From NCBI GenBank assembly GCA_976226885.1, contig OZ320320.1, positions 37,138,001 to 37,202,000 on the forward strand: a stretch of 64,000 nucleotides of DNA, written 5' to 3'. Within the stretch, counting starts at the first letter, position 1. Each line of letters begins with the position of its first letter. A program made the position numbers and the translations under genes. Shown here in pieces: positions 27,569 to 39,252 of this stretch. This stretch comes from Iphione sp. A-MEVVRFRX5 (lineage: Eukaryota). The notes under the pieces were generated by a model. The model was not told the origin of the DNA, made no database searches, and saw only the letters and a program-made list of their open reading frames with translations.

Positions 27569-27821
27569 CGTCAATGTGGCTTCGACCGGTCATCACTGTG
27601 GCTGATCGGCGAAAATAAATAGAGCGTACAAATGACCTTAATGCTCCGTCAATATGCCGCTCATCGGCCGTCAGCATTGACGTCAAATGGCCATATTCAT
27701 GATGTCAGCATCGATTCACGTCTGCCGTCAATCCCATACTAAAATACGACCGAGCGATCTGAGTATCCTTCCAGCGTCACTAAAAGCCCACCTAATGTCC
27801 CCGTGCGGTAACTTAACGTCA
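27569..27821 (+). promoter_or_regulatory. Cluster of 7 co-oriented CGTCA (CRE half-site) motifs including a full TTGACGTCAA palindrome
   Basis: CGTCA at 27569, 27647, 27669, 27681, 27726, 27775 and 27817; full CRE at 27678-27685. Confidence 0.55.
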
Positions 27822-27903
27822 CTGAAAATAAATCGATTGACAAACCCCAGCAGGCTACAGAAGATGTTGAAAGACGCATTCGTGACCTTAAATGACCGCT
27901 AGT

Positions 27904-27916
27904 TGACCTCTGACCT
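27904..27916 (-). promoter_or_regulatory. Perfect nuclear-receptor DR1 element (AGGTCA G AGGTCA)
   Basis: TGACCTCTGACCT on the + strand, followed directly by a 13-bp tandem duplication (27917-27942). Confidence 0.45.
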
Positions 27917-30900
27917 CCCCCGAGTATATCCCCCGAGAATATCAGCGTGTTGCTTTGGGTCTACGTTGCCTGGCTTCGAATATGGCTTCGGGGTGGACGT
28001 TATGTGTACATATTTCTTCTCTAGACCTACTATTTAAGGTCACAGACTGTTGTAAAGAGGCACGTTATGCCCGCTTTACGATAATGATCTCAGTTTTATA
28101 TGTGTGGCATATTTGAAAATGCGTGCATATTTTCATGGTTTGTGTCAATCTAATTGCATAATGTGGTTGTCTTGCCTGTCTCAGCTAAGCGGAGCTATCA
28201 TTACATGTTGCTACACGCCCCCCTCAATTCCTATTCTCTGAGGGTGATTCATTTTTAATGGCACAAGAAAGTCCATCGACACCCAATTTACCTACTGTGA
28301 GAAAGAATATGTAACAAAATCAGCGCGAAATGGAGTCTCACTTTCTCCGGCCTAATAAGCATCTGTTGGACTGGGCACGAAAATGAACAGACCCACCAGA
28401 TAATTACTCTTCAATTCAATTGATTCGCTTCGAAACTCATTAGCAGCAAAAAAACCGCGCATGTGTCCGCGGGGTCTTTGAGCAGAGAGAACCCAAAGAT
28501 GGTGGCGAGCAATCGAATTATCAACTAAATGGAATGCTAGTCAGACGCATAAATAAACATGCAGCAACATATTTCTTCCCGAGTGACGTCTTCGTGTGGG
28601 TATTAAGGGTGATGGAGAGACGTGTTGGTGTATTAGAAAGTGCGTGGAAAGCTGAGGATGTGCACCCATCTCTCCTTTCCTTTCAACTTCGAAGACGCGC
28701 AAGGAGGGAACGAAGTGATGGCCGAGGGTTGGGGATGGGATGTTGAGTGGCGAGAGTTAGCGGCGGCCCGTGCAGGAGAAAAAGGAACCATGCATAAATG
28801 TCCTAACGTTTCTTCCTGTAGCTCCTACAGGCGTATACCTACGGAGATGTGCCTATTCACTGAGTGTGCTGCCAGAAGCCGCCCGCCACGCCGCCCTAAG
28901 TCGGAGCGCTGACGAGTCGTGAATAAAACAAGGCGGACAAATGGTTCTATGAAACAATAACGCTCCTCTCTGGTCGTCGGGCAGGTAGAGGACCGGAGGG
29001 GGCCCCCAGCTTGGATAATGAATAGATACATAGAACAAAAGGGTGGTTTACAGGAGTGGTGGGGGTTTGGGGGTAGAGGGGGTTGGCGGATTATGGTTGG
29101 ATGGATCCAGCGTATATAGACGGAGACAGTTGTTGTGCATCATTGCTATTTTCCATTGGATAGATAAATGAGCGAAGAGCACATCACGCGTCTAGAGTAC
29201 ACTCGGCGTGTTTTAGACTGTTAGTATTGCAGAGGGATTGAAGAGATCAAGGGGATACTGGCACGAATAAAAGTGAAACTATACCTCAGAAATATGGACG
29301 TCCCCAACATACAGCAGGACACGGTAGAAGTTGCCCATGATGCAATGAGCTATTTCCAGGTTATTATTCCAGAGATTAATTTTGCTGATATTGGATATCA
29401 TTCTGGATACAAGTACCATGCATTATCGGAATATAAATGAGATTCGCGTTCTGTAAAAAAAAGTAAACTGCCAAAATCAATGTACGGGACTATAATAAAG
29501 GATATTTCCTTTGAAAACACAAACTATTCATTTTCTAGCTTTGTGACGTAAAGAGCGGGTTTATAAATGATTGACATAAATAGTGTTTGAACCAGTGTTA
29601 TTTACTGAAGTCTGACAAACCGAGTGCCAACTAAAAGCAACTTGACTTATGACTGTTTTCTTCAATGTTATACATAACTTCATTATTGTAGGGCAATCAT
29701 CTATTACTTTCCTTTCGTAGAACCTCTCATTATTAACCCATTTCTGGCTCTGTTGTGATCCTTTCTAATACATTCTGAACATCTTACGTCCTACAGCATT
29801 ACAGACCTGTGTAAATCCCTAAAATAAACAGCATCTTAATACTCATGCATATGTACTGATCTCGAAGCCTTCAATACGTAAAGAATCAGCCTAGTCTTGA
29901 TTTTAAGTAAAAGTAAGTGTTGAAAGTGGCTAGATATGTATATGACACGTAAATTGCATAACGGAAGGGTTTGACGGCGCCGAAGACACACAATTCAACA
30001 TAAAACACTCTTATTCCTATTTATAAAGACGCCGCCACTAAAACACCCATAAAAGGGGGTTTGTGCATGATTATGTGTACGGCAATGGACCTATATCTAT
30101 CTTCGCGAGACACTTTTATGCCGATCCTGAATGTTAAATCGGTTTGCCGCTCGTCTACCCCGGACACCACTACAACCTTTCCCGCTTTAAAGAAGCGGTG
30201 GTATTCCACTGGGCATCCTAGGCAGATGGCTCTGGTTGACTGATCCCCGGAGGTGGCCCGCACCCCCTGTCAGATCAGCGGCCTCAGCAGCCTGGGAAGA
30301 GGAGCGAGGTACCCCTTCCCCGTCCCTTTGGTCCTCTTGATCCCCAGGTCGATCTCAGACGTAGAGTTGTGCCCACTGTGTGGGGTAGGGTTGGGGGGGG
30401 GTCTAGGGATGCTGGTGGTGGAGGGGGGGGGGCTGACGAGGGGCGGCTGGCAGCACGGTGAGCGACTACCATCGGCCTCTGAGTCGTGTGACCAGCAGAA
30501 GCATTACCTCGGACCGGGCAGGCGGGGGCCCCGGCGGATCGGCTCAAATTACAGTGCGCGGAGCGGGCGTCACTTACACGATTGGATAAACCATTTCCAT
30601 CGAGCATTACTCACCTGTCGTGACCTTTGGAACAAGTCTCTTGGTCAGCGCTAACCCTCCGAGACAAGAGGGCTTCCTACATTAGTGAACAAGTGGCCTT
30701 TAAGTAATGTCATTAGTGAGACCCGGGCTCCAGCAACGCCACTTAGTTATTGACACATAGCTCACATATTGACGTGCCGGCATTCTCCTCTGGGGGAAAA
30801 CATGAAGATGGAAGCTTTTTACACCGTACAGCTTTCTCCCCTTTTACTGTGGGCGTACCCTGCCACTCTTCTGCTCTATGGGACAATCGGAGCATTAATC

Positions 30901-33900
30901 TTTGAGCAGTTCACCTTTCCAGTTAGATATATGAAACTTCCGAAAAGATTATTTCATGTTCCGTCTTTCCGGATGCCTCACACCGAAGGAAATAAAATAG
31001 AGCTTTGTATCCTCATTACAAACCTGCGTGTAGGTCATGCCAGATAAAGATGGCCCATCTTTACAAAATGCCATCTCTCTCGAATGTAAGTTTAAAAAAA
31101 AACAAACAAACAAAGAATGACTCGACATTCAATACAGCCCTCAATGTTCTATATCCGAAGATTTTAAGGAGATTCCTGGTGATGTAACTGAGTAACGTAT
31201 ATATGTTCAGTATACATGAGCTGATCTCGACATGTCTGGACCCCCCTCCCTCTGCTTCACTTGAGATATTTCAAGGGGATATTTTAGCGGGACGAGAACA
31301 CATTTTCAGTGAGACTCCGTCTTCGGTAGTAATGCCTGCCTCTTGGCATTAGAAGGGGAAATTTTCCAAAGTCTCATTCATCACCACCTCTCACCGCTGG
31401 GAACGTGCAAATGGAAAGCAGGGTGGAGCGGAGATGGAGCAGTGGGAGAAGAAGACAGGAGGCGGGGAGATCGAATGTAGAACGAGAAGGAAAGGATAGG
31501 ACGGTTAAGATGGACGGAAACTATCAGCAGAGGGCGTATGATAGTAACAGTCAAGGCCGCGAATACCACGCAGAAAGGAAACGCTCAGAAAGACGAGGGA
31601 AAAGTAAGAAGAAGGTGTTTTTTGGAATAGATGTAGATGACAAGTGACCCATGATTATACAGAACTGGGGATACTCATGATACAGAGTAAGATGAGGGGG
31701 CTGGTTATCCTTCCGGCTTGGCTGGGGGACCGGCTCGGGAGAGGGGGCGTACCCATTGGAAGCAGCCGCCTGAAGAGGTGTTGGGCTGCAGCCATCTATT
31801 ATACCATTGTAGTGGACGCGCGTGAGCATAACCGACGAATACATCATCATCAGATGTTGATAAGGCGTCCTCAGGGAGATCCATTGGGCGGTGAAGGTAG
31901 CTTGGTGGTGAGCAAGGAGAAGGGGGCATGTGGAGAGTGCGAAACGAAGGCAGTTGGGGGTGGTTGTTGAAGTCAAGGGGAATAGGCATAAGGGCAGTCG
32001 GGAAGCTGGGCCTGTGGTTCACGCATGGGGTGAAGTTAAGGCATGAACAGGGGACAGGCCTTGGGTGGAGGAGGGTTGGATAGGGAGATGAGGGAGAAGG
32101 AAAAGGAGCGGGCGGGGGGGGGGGGAGGGGTCAGGGGAGCACACCACCGTGGCTGCTTTTATTCCGAGTGTGGTGGCAATCTCACACACAGCACTGTCAT
32201 AAATCACCGACACAATCCGCCGCATGTATTCACGGCCCTTTTAGACTCTTTTACCGCCGGCTGGTCGATGGCGGCGGTTGATGTTGGACGCCGAGGGGGA
32301 AGGAGGGAATCGAAGCGAATAGTTTTGGAAGGTGACAAATGGATTTGGACTAAAGTCAGTGTGGCTCACATCCCTGGTAGGTTAAATGATAGTCGTCATA
32401 GGAGGAAAGTCTGAAAACCCAGATACAGTATGACACAAATGAGACACGAGTAGGAGAGTCATCAAGCCTGGAAGGTAAAAATACATGTACCGGTATGTAG
32501 TTTTCTTTTTCTAAACAGACTTTAATCAATGTTGCATTGAACCAAAACTTGATCTCAAGGTATTTTAAGATAAAGGCTGATAACATCGTATCTTATGCTT
32601 TAGCAGTAACATATTCGTATGGAACAGGCAATTGCATTTACCCAAACACGAACTCCAGTGCACTAACTGCGACTAAGGAAGAACCAAGTCCTTAGGCAAC
32701 TTTTTCGAAGTAACCTTTGTAGGTCTGGGCCTGCATGATAGAGTCTCCATTGTCTAAATGGATGGGACTACTCAAAATCGCATCCTTTTTTAGACTACGT
32801 TGATCTGGGTTAGACGGAATGACAGTGGGATCTGGGAGAAGTAAGAGATATGAGGGAACAGGATTAACTGTTAGGGCCGTGAGGTCCGGCGCTGTTACCT
32901 TACCGGTCTAATCGTCGGAACTGCGATCAGAGAGATGCCGGGGACATTAAGGGTTAAAGAGACAGCAGGGTACAAACTAAAAATGTTAGGCCAGACTTTA
33001 ATCGATGTATGATGATTATTATTTATATCTAATACTTCTAAGCGACTTCAGGTTTCACGAACGTCCCCAAAGGACATTATGTACATGTATGAACATAATG
33101 CATTCTAGAGTATATGACTGCATAATCTATCATTATGTTACAAGAGCACACTACATTTTCTTAGAATTTTCACTGGAGGGACTTGTTGGGAACTGAAGTA
33201 ATACATTTGTAGAAGGGTACTTGAGTGATGCGTTAGTAGTAATGTAAGCAGTCTAGTCTACATGTGAGTTGAAAGGAAGGGGCAGGGTGGGGCGTGATTG
33301 CAAGATGTTATTAAATTACATCAGCCTTAATCATACATTTCTACTCGTGTATATATACCATCATACCAGCCATATCTAACCGAACACTTGTACATTTTGT
33401 ATGTATGCATTGTAAATATTATGTGAATTAGACTAATATGAGAAAGACCTGAGAATACGTTACTCCATATAATTATCAGGATAAATAAAGTTTTTAAAAA
33501 ATCCGATGAGCTGCTCGCGATGACGAGAGCAAAGATTACCGAATGGATCTTTGATTTGAATGTCCTTAATATCAGACTAAGAATGGGAACTGAATCTTAT
33601 TTAAAAGGCAAAAAAGAAATGTTAACATCAGACGATTGTTATGTGTAGGAGATTGTGAGGGAATACATTTAATTGGCAATTGTCTCACAGAGTCAACGAG
33701 TGGAGAGTAGTACTTATATGGTTAATGAACTAGGTATGACCGGCATGCATATTCTCAGCAGGGAGGCTGCAATTAGGAGTACGTAGTGATCTTTGGTTCG
33801 GAAAAGTATGGAGGACTTATACGAGTCTGGATCAAAGGAATTTCTATTATGTTCGCAGTAATTGGAATAAATGAGAAAGCATAGAGACCAGCCGTTCTTG

Positions 33901-33964
33901 GTTTACAAGGAACAAATTGGGAATTTTAACCTAGGATATCACTGAAACACAATTTATCATTTTC

Positions 33965-34000
33965 AGCACGGGTATCTAGCTAAGCACGGGTATCTAGCTA
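33965..34000 (+). repeat. Perfect 18-bp tandem duplication (AGCACGGGTATCTAGCTA)x2
   Basis: Direct reading. Confidence 0.97.
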
Positions 34001-35278
34001 TTTTTACACATCTGCATTTTGTGGATAATAAATTGTTACGAATCCAGAAAGGACATGATATCCCAGGTAGAAGGATGAACGTTGATTGAATACTGACGGG
34101 TGCACATTCGTCCTCTAACATATTCTCAGAGAGGCGCAAACAAAAATCAGTGATGATCGTACAGTGTAATTGGCAATACAGCACCACATAACTGTATTAA
34201 ATCATGAGGCGGTCTCAAGATGAGAGGGGGTGTCTGGGAGGAAGTGTCTTAGTGATCGCTAAGAGGAACTGCGAAAGATTAGCATATTGGGGTACTGGAA
34301 AGAAACATGAGTTCAAGCTCAGTTTGACTTAGCAAGCTAAGGACGCTGGGACCCAATTAGCAGAATATGGGAGGTTTCGATGCGTTTCTGCTCACGTGCG
34401 CGCGTGTGTTAGTGTCATTGGTTGGTGGGCACATAGCATCAGACATTACTTCACACCAAATCAAACACGCAACCCTCATCTACATGCAGCAGCTTGGCAG
34501 AGCACCTGGTTTAGTACCGCAATAAAACCGCATCGGCAGCCGCGGCGGGCCGGCCTGAAGACGAACCATGTATTCCTTAATCCGTGGTCGCTTCCAGTGG
34601 ATATAAAAGAGACATTAAGAGCCGCATTGCCAAAGCGAATTGCTATAATCGCTCTGTATCGATGACGGCCCGGCCAGATAAGACCAGTACTGATTAGAAC
34701 CAATACGGCTACTTAACGTCAATTATTCATACGCCTGTGGCAGGCTACCACAGCGTGTAGTCATGTCGAGTTTAGCGTTTCTACCGTCGTCCTCGGCGTC
34801 GTCGTCGTTGTCGACCGGCACCCATCCGTGCTACCAAGTAACGGCGTGTGCTAACACCATCAGATATACAACACGCTTAAGATAAGATTACCAGGTACGA
34901 ATGAATCACGTTTTCTGCCTTCGTGGCGGCTTGCTGCACGCGCTTTGTTCTAGTCTAGGCCCTGCCTTGCTGGTTCGCTTTCTATATTCATGAATGTGTG
35001 CTTAATTATTAATACTTCAATTTGTCCGTCCTTTTTCTATAGGAATCTGCGCGGCATACTATTCTGTGGTGCAAGGTCACCTAAGACTAAGCGTTATTCC
35101 TTAAAAGGAGCTTTACAGACTGTGACTGCTGATAGTTCATCGTTCTTTCCATTCCTTTTATCATGTCCCATGTACTCTTGCCTACCTAACTCCTCTGGAA
35201 TCCCCATCCCACCTTCCGTCTGGCCCATCCTCCCCTATTACCCATTCGATCTCCCTGCTCTTATTCCTTCAACCTATC

Positions 35279-35355
35279 CCTCCTCCTCCTCCTCCTCCTC
35301 CTCCTCCTCCTCCTCCTCCTCCTCCTCCTCCTCCTCCTCCTCCTCCTCCTCCTCC
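35279..35355 (+). repeat. (CCT)~25 microsatellite followed by C10
   Basis: Direct reading. It explains the poly-S in ORF 34990..35460. Confidence 0.98.
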
Positions 35356-36625
35356 TCGCCCCCCCCCCACATTTCCCTATCCTCCGCCGGAAAAGATCGA
35401 GGTTTCCCGAAGATGACTCACATGGCGCTCGCTAGTTTCCCTTCCCCCGTGAAAGAGTGAAACCCAAAACCAGCCATCAGATGGCGTGACAGGAGCACTT
35501 CCTTTTCGCAGCATCCGGTCTGTTTCGATTAGTGTGTTTTATTTCGTTAATTTCTTCTGGTCGGTGGTAGGGAATATACGAATCCTCCGAATCGCCTTGG
35601 GAGAAAGGGATCCTAATTTTCAGAGGGAAATCTATTCCTCCCTCGAGAAAGATTGTCTCTGGAAGAGTATCCAGTCCCAGTGCGTAGGTGATTAACAAAT
35701 GTCTCCTGGCAATGGGAAATGATCCAGACCTACACAGCAACACAACTTGTTTTTGTAGTCAACGCGATAAAAGGGTATCATGTTTATTCCTCCACAAACA
35801 CAGGTACAGGTTTCAAAACGTTTAGTTCTTTATAGATGACGTGGCTGCTTTCTTATAAACAAAGTCCACTTATAATGGTGGTGCCCTTTCTTGTATTTGC
35901 AACGCAAGGCGGATAATTTTCTCTTCTTCTTATACAGTTTATCTAGGCAAAGGAATTTCCTTCCGACGAGAACACATTTCGTCAACAATACAACCGAGAC
36001 CCTCTTCTTAGATTAGAAGTGGTGTATTGATGTGGTGATCTACGTAGGAGCCTTAGTTGGAGGAATGATATTTGCATGGATATTTGCTTTACAATTGCAT
36101 CTACCTAGAAACAGTAGCTCACTATTGGAAGGGGGGGGCTAAGTCAATTTTGACGCCAAAGGGTCTTTACGTTACAGTATCATCGCCCGTCCTTGCAAGA
36201 TTTGTCTCTCTGTTTCAGGCTCTCGATTCTTCCTAGTTCCCATAACTGAGGCACAGGGCGATAATTAGGGAGGCGCCCTAAGAAAATTATTGCCTTCTCA
36301 TGGTATGGCAGGCGACGTCACAGCAGGTCTGGTCAGCCACAGGAAGGAGACGACCCCCCAAAAAGAGGTAACGTAAAATGTTTTATGCCTAGTCCAGTTA
36401 CAGGCGCCTTCCGAAAGACATTTACCAAGAAACCGGAGGCATGCGCCATTAAAAATTAATGCCCAAGCAATTAGGGACCAGCGGCGGCGGTGGCTGGGAG
36501 GAAGGTAGGGATTGCTAACTGTGTACAAAGAATGTGGTGAATGGGCAGGCCGAGCAAGAAGGGATGACTGGTGGAGTCGAGATGAGAGCATGCTGTTAGT
36601 CAGCGCGGGCCTGATCGAGGGGAAA

Positions 36626-36690
36626 GTGCGTATGTGTGTGCGTGTGCGTGTGTGTGGTGTGGATGTGAATGTGTGAGTGAGGGAGTGTGA
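36626..36690 (+). repeat. Degenerate (TG)n tract
   Basis: Direct reading. Confidence 0.8.
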
Positions 36691-39057
36691 TAACCCGATA
36701 GAGCCACATGCCGAAAACTCATTGGTATAGGATGTTAGCCTGCAGTCATGCACAACAGGCTTTCTTCTGGTGGAGAACGCGGAGAGATAAGCGCACACAC
36801 AGAGGGAGAATTTTGGCGACGGGGAGGACATCGTCAGGATAGAAAGAAACCAACGGCAATCACGGGGGGAAGCTTTGCGAAAAAGGGGTCGAGCAGGATG
36901 CAGGGGGAGAAAGTTGGCACCAAAGAGCAAGTATGCCCAACTAACTGTTCCATGAAAAACAAAAGCTAACCGTAGAACGGACCCTGTGTTTGAACAAATA
37001 AGATTATGTCTAAGCAAACAGCAGCCGGCATTCGGAAGAACGTTAAACTTGAAGAATGTAGAAGATTGTTTCTAAAAACGACGTGTTGACAGATGATTTC
37101 CAGGCAGAAATCAAGAGGTGATAAGAAAAATGATCTGATTATAATAGATTGAACAGCTTCGGTATATGTATACACCTCAATTGGCTAAAGTTACATCGGG
37201 GGACATAAAAAGGGAGATGGTACCCCCAACCCTATTATCCCGAGATATGTTTGCTGTGCAAGGCGTTGTGATCCTCCCAATCGGTAGTCCTAATATTTGC
37301 CCGTCGGTCTCGGCTTTGGTAGCCTCCCTAGCCATAGTAGGCTGCCAGCCATTAGCTGGGGTATTACCCAGTTACACACAACGACTTCTTCTCGTTGTCT
37401 CCCCCCAAACCCCACGACCACCGTTGCCACCATCAGCACAAAACCACAGCACGCCACCACCATCACCGGCACACCATCACGACTATTGTCTCCTGCCACA
37501 TGCTGGCGCACGGTGATTCGGAGACATACAAAAAAAGAACCCAAAAGAACACTGACAAGTAGAATTTGAGATCGGCACGAAGGTGGGGAGTTGCGGGGCT
37601 CCAGATCAGGCCCGCTCTACCTGTGTAGATGTCCCATATCAGTCAGAAAAGAGACGAAATACATGACGTTTATTAAGGGACGTACTCGGCCCGGAGTTTC
37701 TTTCACTCATGCCGGCATATTTAAGTGGCTCTCCAGCCGGCTGCCACTGCTGCCGCCGCCGCCGCAACCACCACTACGTTCACTGCTGCTGCTGGTGCTG
37801 AGCTAACTTGAGTTATGTGTTTTAATATAGAGCCCTGTCTCCTTCCCATGGCCTACTGGCGTTTTCTCGAGCCTTAGACCCCTAGTACTATAGACGTGAG
37901 GTGGCATCCGACGACCGCCGTTTAGGAGAACATGTCTTTCACTCTCTTCTTCCTCCTGCCCAATGGAGACCTACCCTGGAGGTGACCGTGGGAGGGGGAG
38001 GGAGGAAGGGAGGGGGAGGGAGGGAGGGGAGGATTTCTCACGTTTGTCTGCCTGAAGACGAGAGGGATCGCCCCTGGAGGAAAAGACAGCACAGGGGAGG
38101 TGGGATGGGGGAGGACGCTGGGCAGGATTAGGGGGGTGGGGGATGGGGGATAGAGGTGTGGGGAGGCTGCTAGGGTTCCCGAGGCAATTAAAGAACAGGC
38201 GAAAGGTCTCGTCTAAATCTATAGTAATTTAGATGGAAACCCACGCGGTGTGAAGTCCCTCGGTAAACGTTGCCGAGACCCATTAAATACAAGCAGAGGC
38301 TATTAAACTTTTAATAAAACTCGCACCCGTGCACGGGCTGTTTTTTCCACCCTTGTATCCTCAGCTTCGAGTCCCAGGGTAGACATGAACGTGAAATAAT
38401 TAAACCCTTCTACGGGCCGTGGACAGTAGTGGCGCAGTAGGGCGTAGGAAGGATCGGCGGCCGCGGCCGTACGACGCGCAGATTTATCACGTCGGCAGCG
38501 CAGCAATATGAAAGGCATTATTTCGTTGGCTGTTTGATAAATTGACAATCTGCCAACCCTCCCACCCGTCCTCTACTCCCCTCATCCCCTACACACGTAC
38601 GTGTATGCACACCGCGCGGGCGTCAAGCACGCACGCCACCACTGGCGGCGGAACCGTACATAAATAGGCGTCGTCGTGCACGGTCCGACGGGTCCGGCGC
38701 CGACAACTGGGACAGCAGGAGGAAGCCATCCATTGCCTGACTTAGGTTGTCGGCTGGGACCACCGCTCTATGAAGTCCACTTTAACCTAGTGTCCCAGCC
38801 TCTTAGGATTTGCACAGATCAAAGACGTGGCCGGGAAACCTCAATATACATATCAGGTGTTGAATTTTGCAAATTTAAGAAAGGTTTAGTATGCGATAGT
38901 TCGGTCCATTATTTCATCATGGTCAACTAAACTTATTTGGCCATTGGTATGATGCATGTGACACGGATGGAAAATGACATATTTACTTGTCAGGTGAATT
39001 GTGATTTTAGTGTGCGGTTTCATTCTGCATTCAAAACCAGTGAGAATAATTAAGTGT

Positions 39058-39252
39058 CTATACACTATTATAACTGGTACTCCTAGATCCGATCATTGAT
39101 TCAGCAGTATCAACCAAACTACACTCAATATAAACACTGAGCCTCTCAACGGAACGAATACCAGATGTTTTCTTAGAGAAATGGATCCAAACGTTTATCG
39201 ATGTAACCTCTGTCTTATAGTTTTCTCCATCGCGGCACCACTCTATATACAT
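39058..39252 (-). pseudogene. Highly decayed RTE-like fragment (post-RT region)
   Basis: DGENYKTEV..SGIRSVERLSVY..DTAESM resembles DG..D.EI..RGIKLSTKLKVY..YGAESW. Confidence 0.3.

Noticed and set aside
28909-28930. Hammerhead-like CTGACGAGTCGTGA
   Set aside because: No stem II partner or correctly placed GAAA, and no stems I or III.
36298-37017. Longest track ORF (239 aa, minus strand)
   Set aside because: It crosses a (CA)n tract and pyrimidine-rich low-complexity DNA, has no recognisable motif, and reads as a chance stop-free frame.
38205-38290. GGTCTCG/CGAGACC as P1 of an HDV-like ribozyme
   Set aside because: No L3 consensus, no GG for P1.1 and no P2.
38428-38480. tRNA or SINE A-box TGGCGCAGTAGG (similar weak case at 330-360)
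   Set aside because: The B-box is degenerate and mis-spaced, and there is no cloverleaf.
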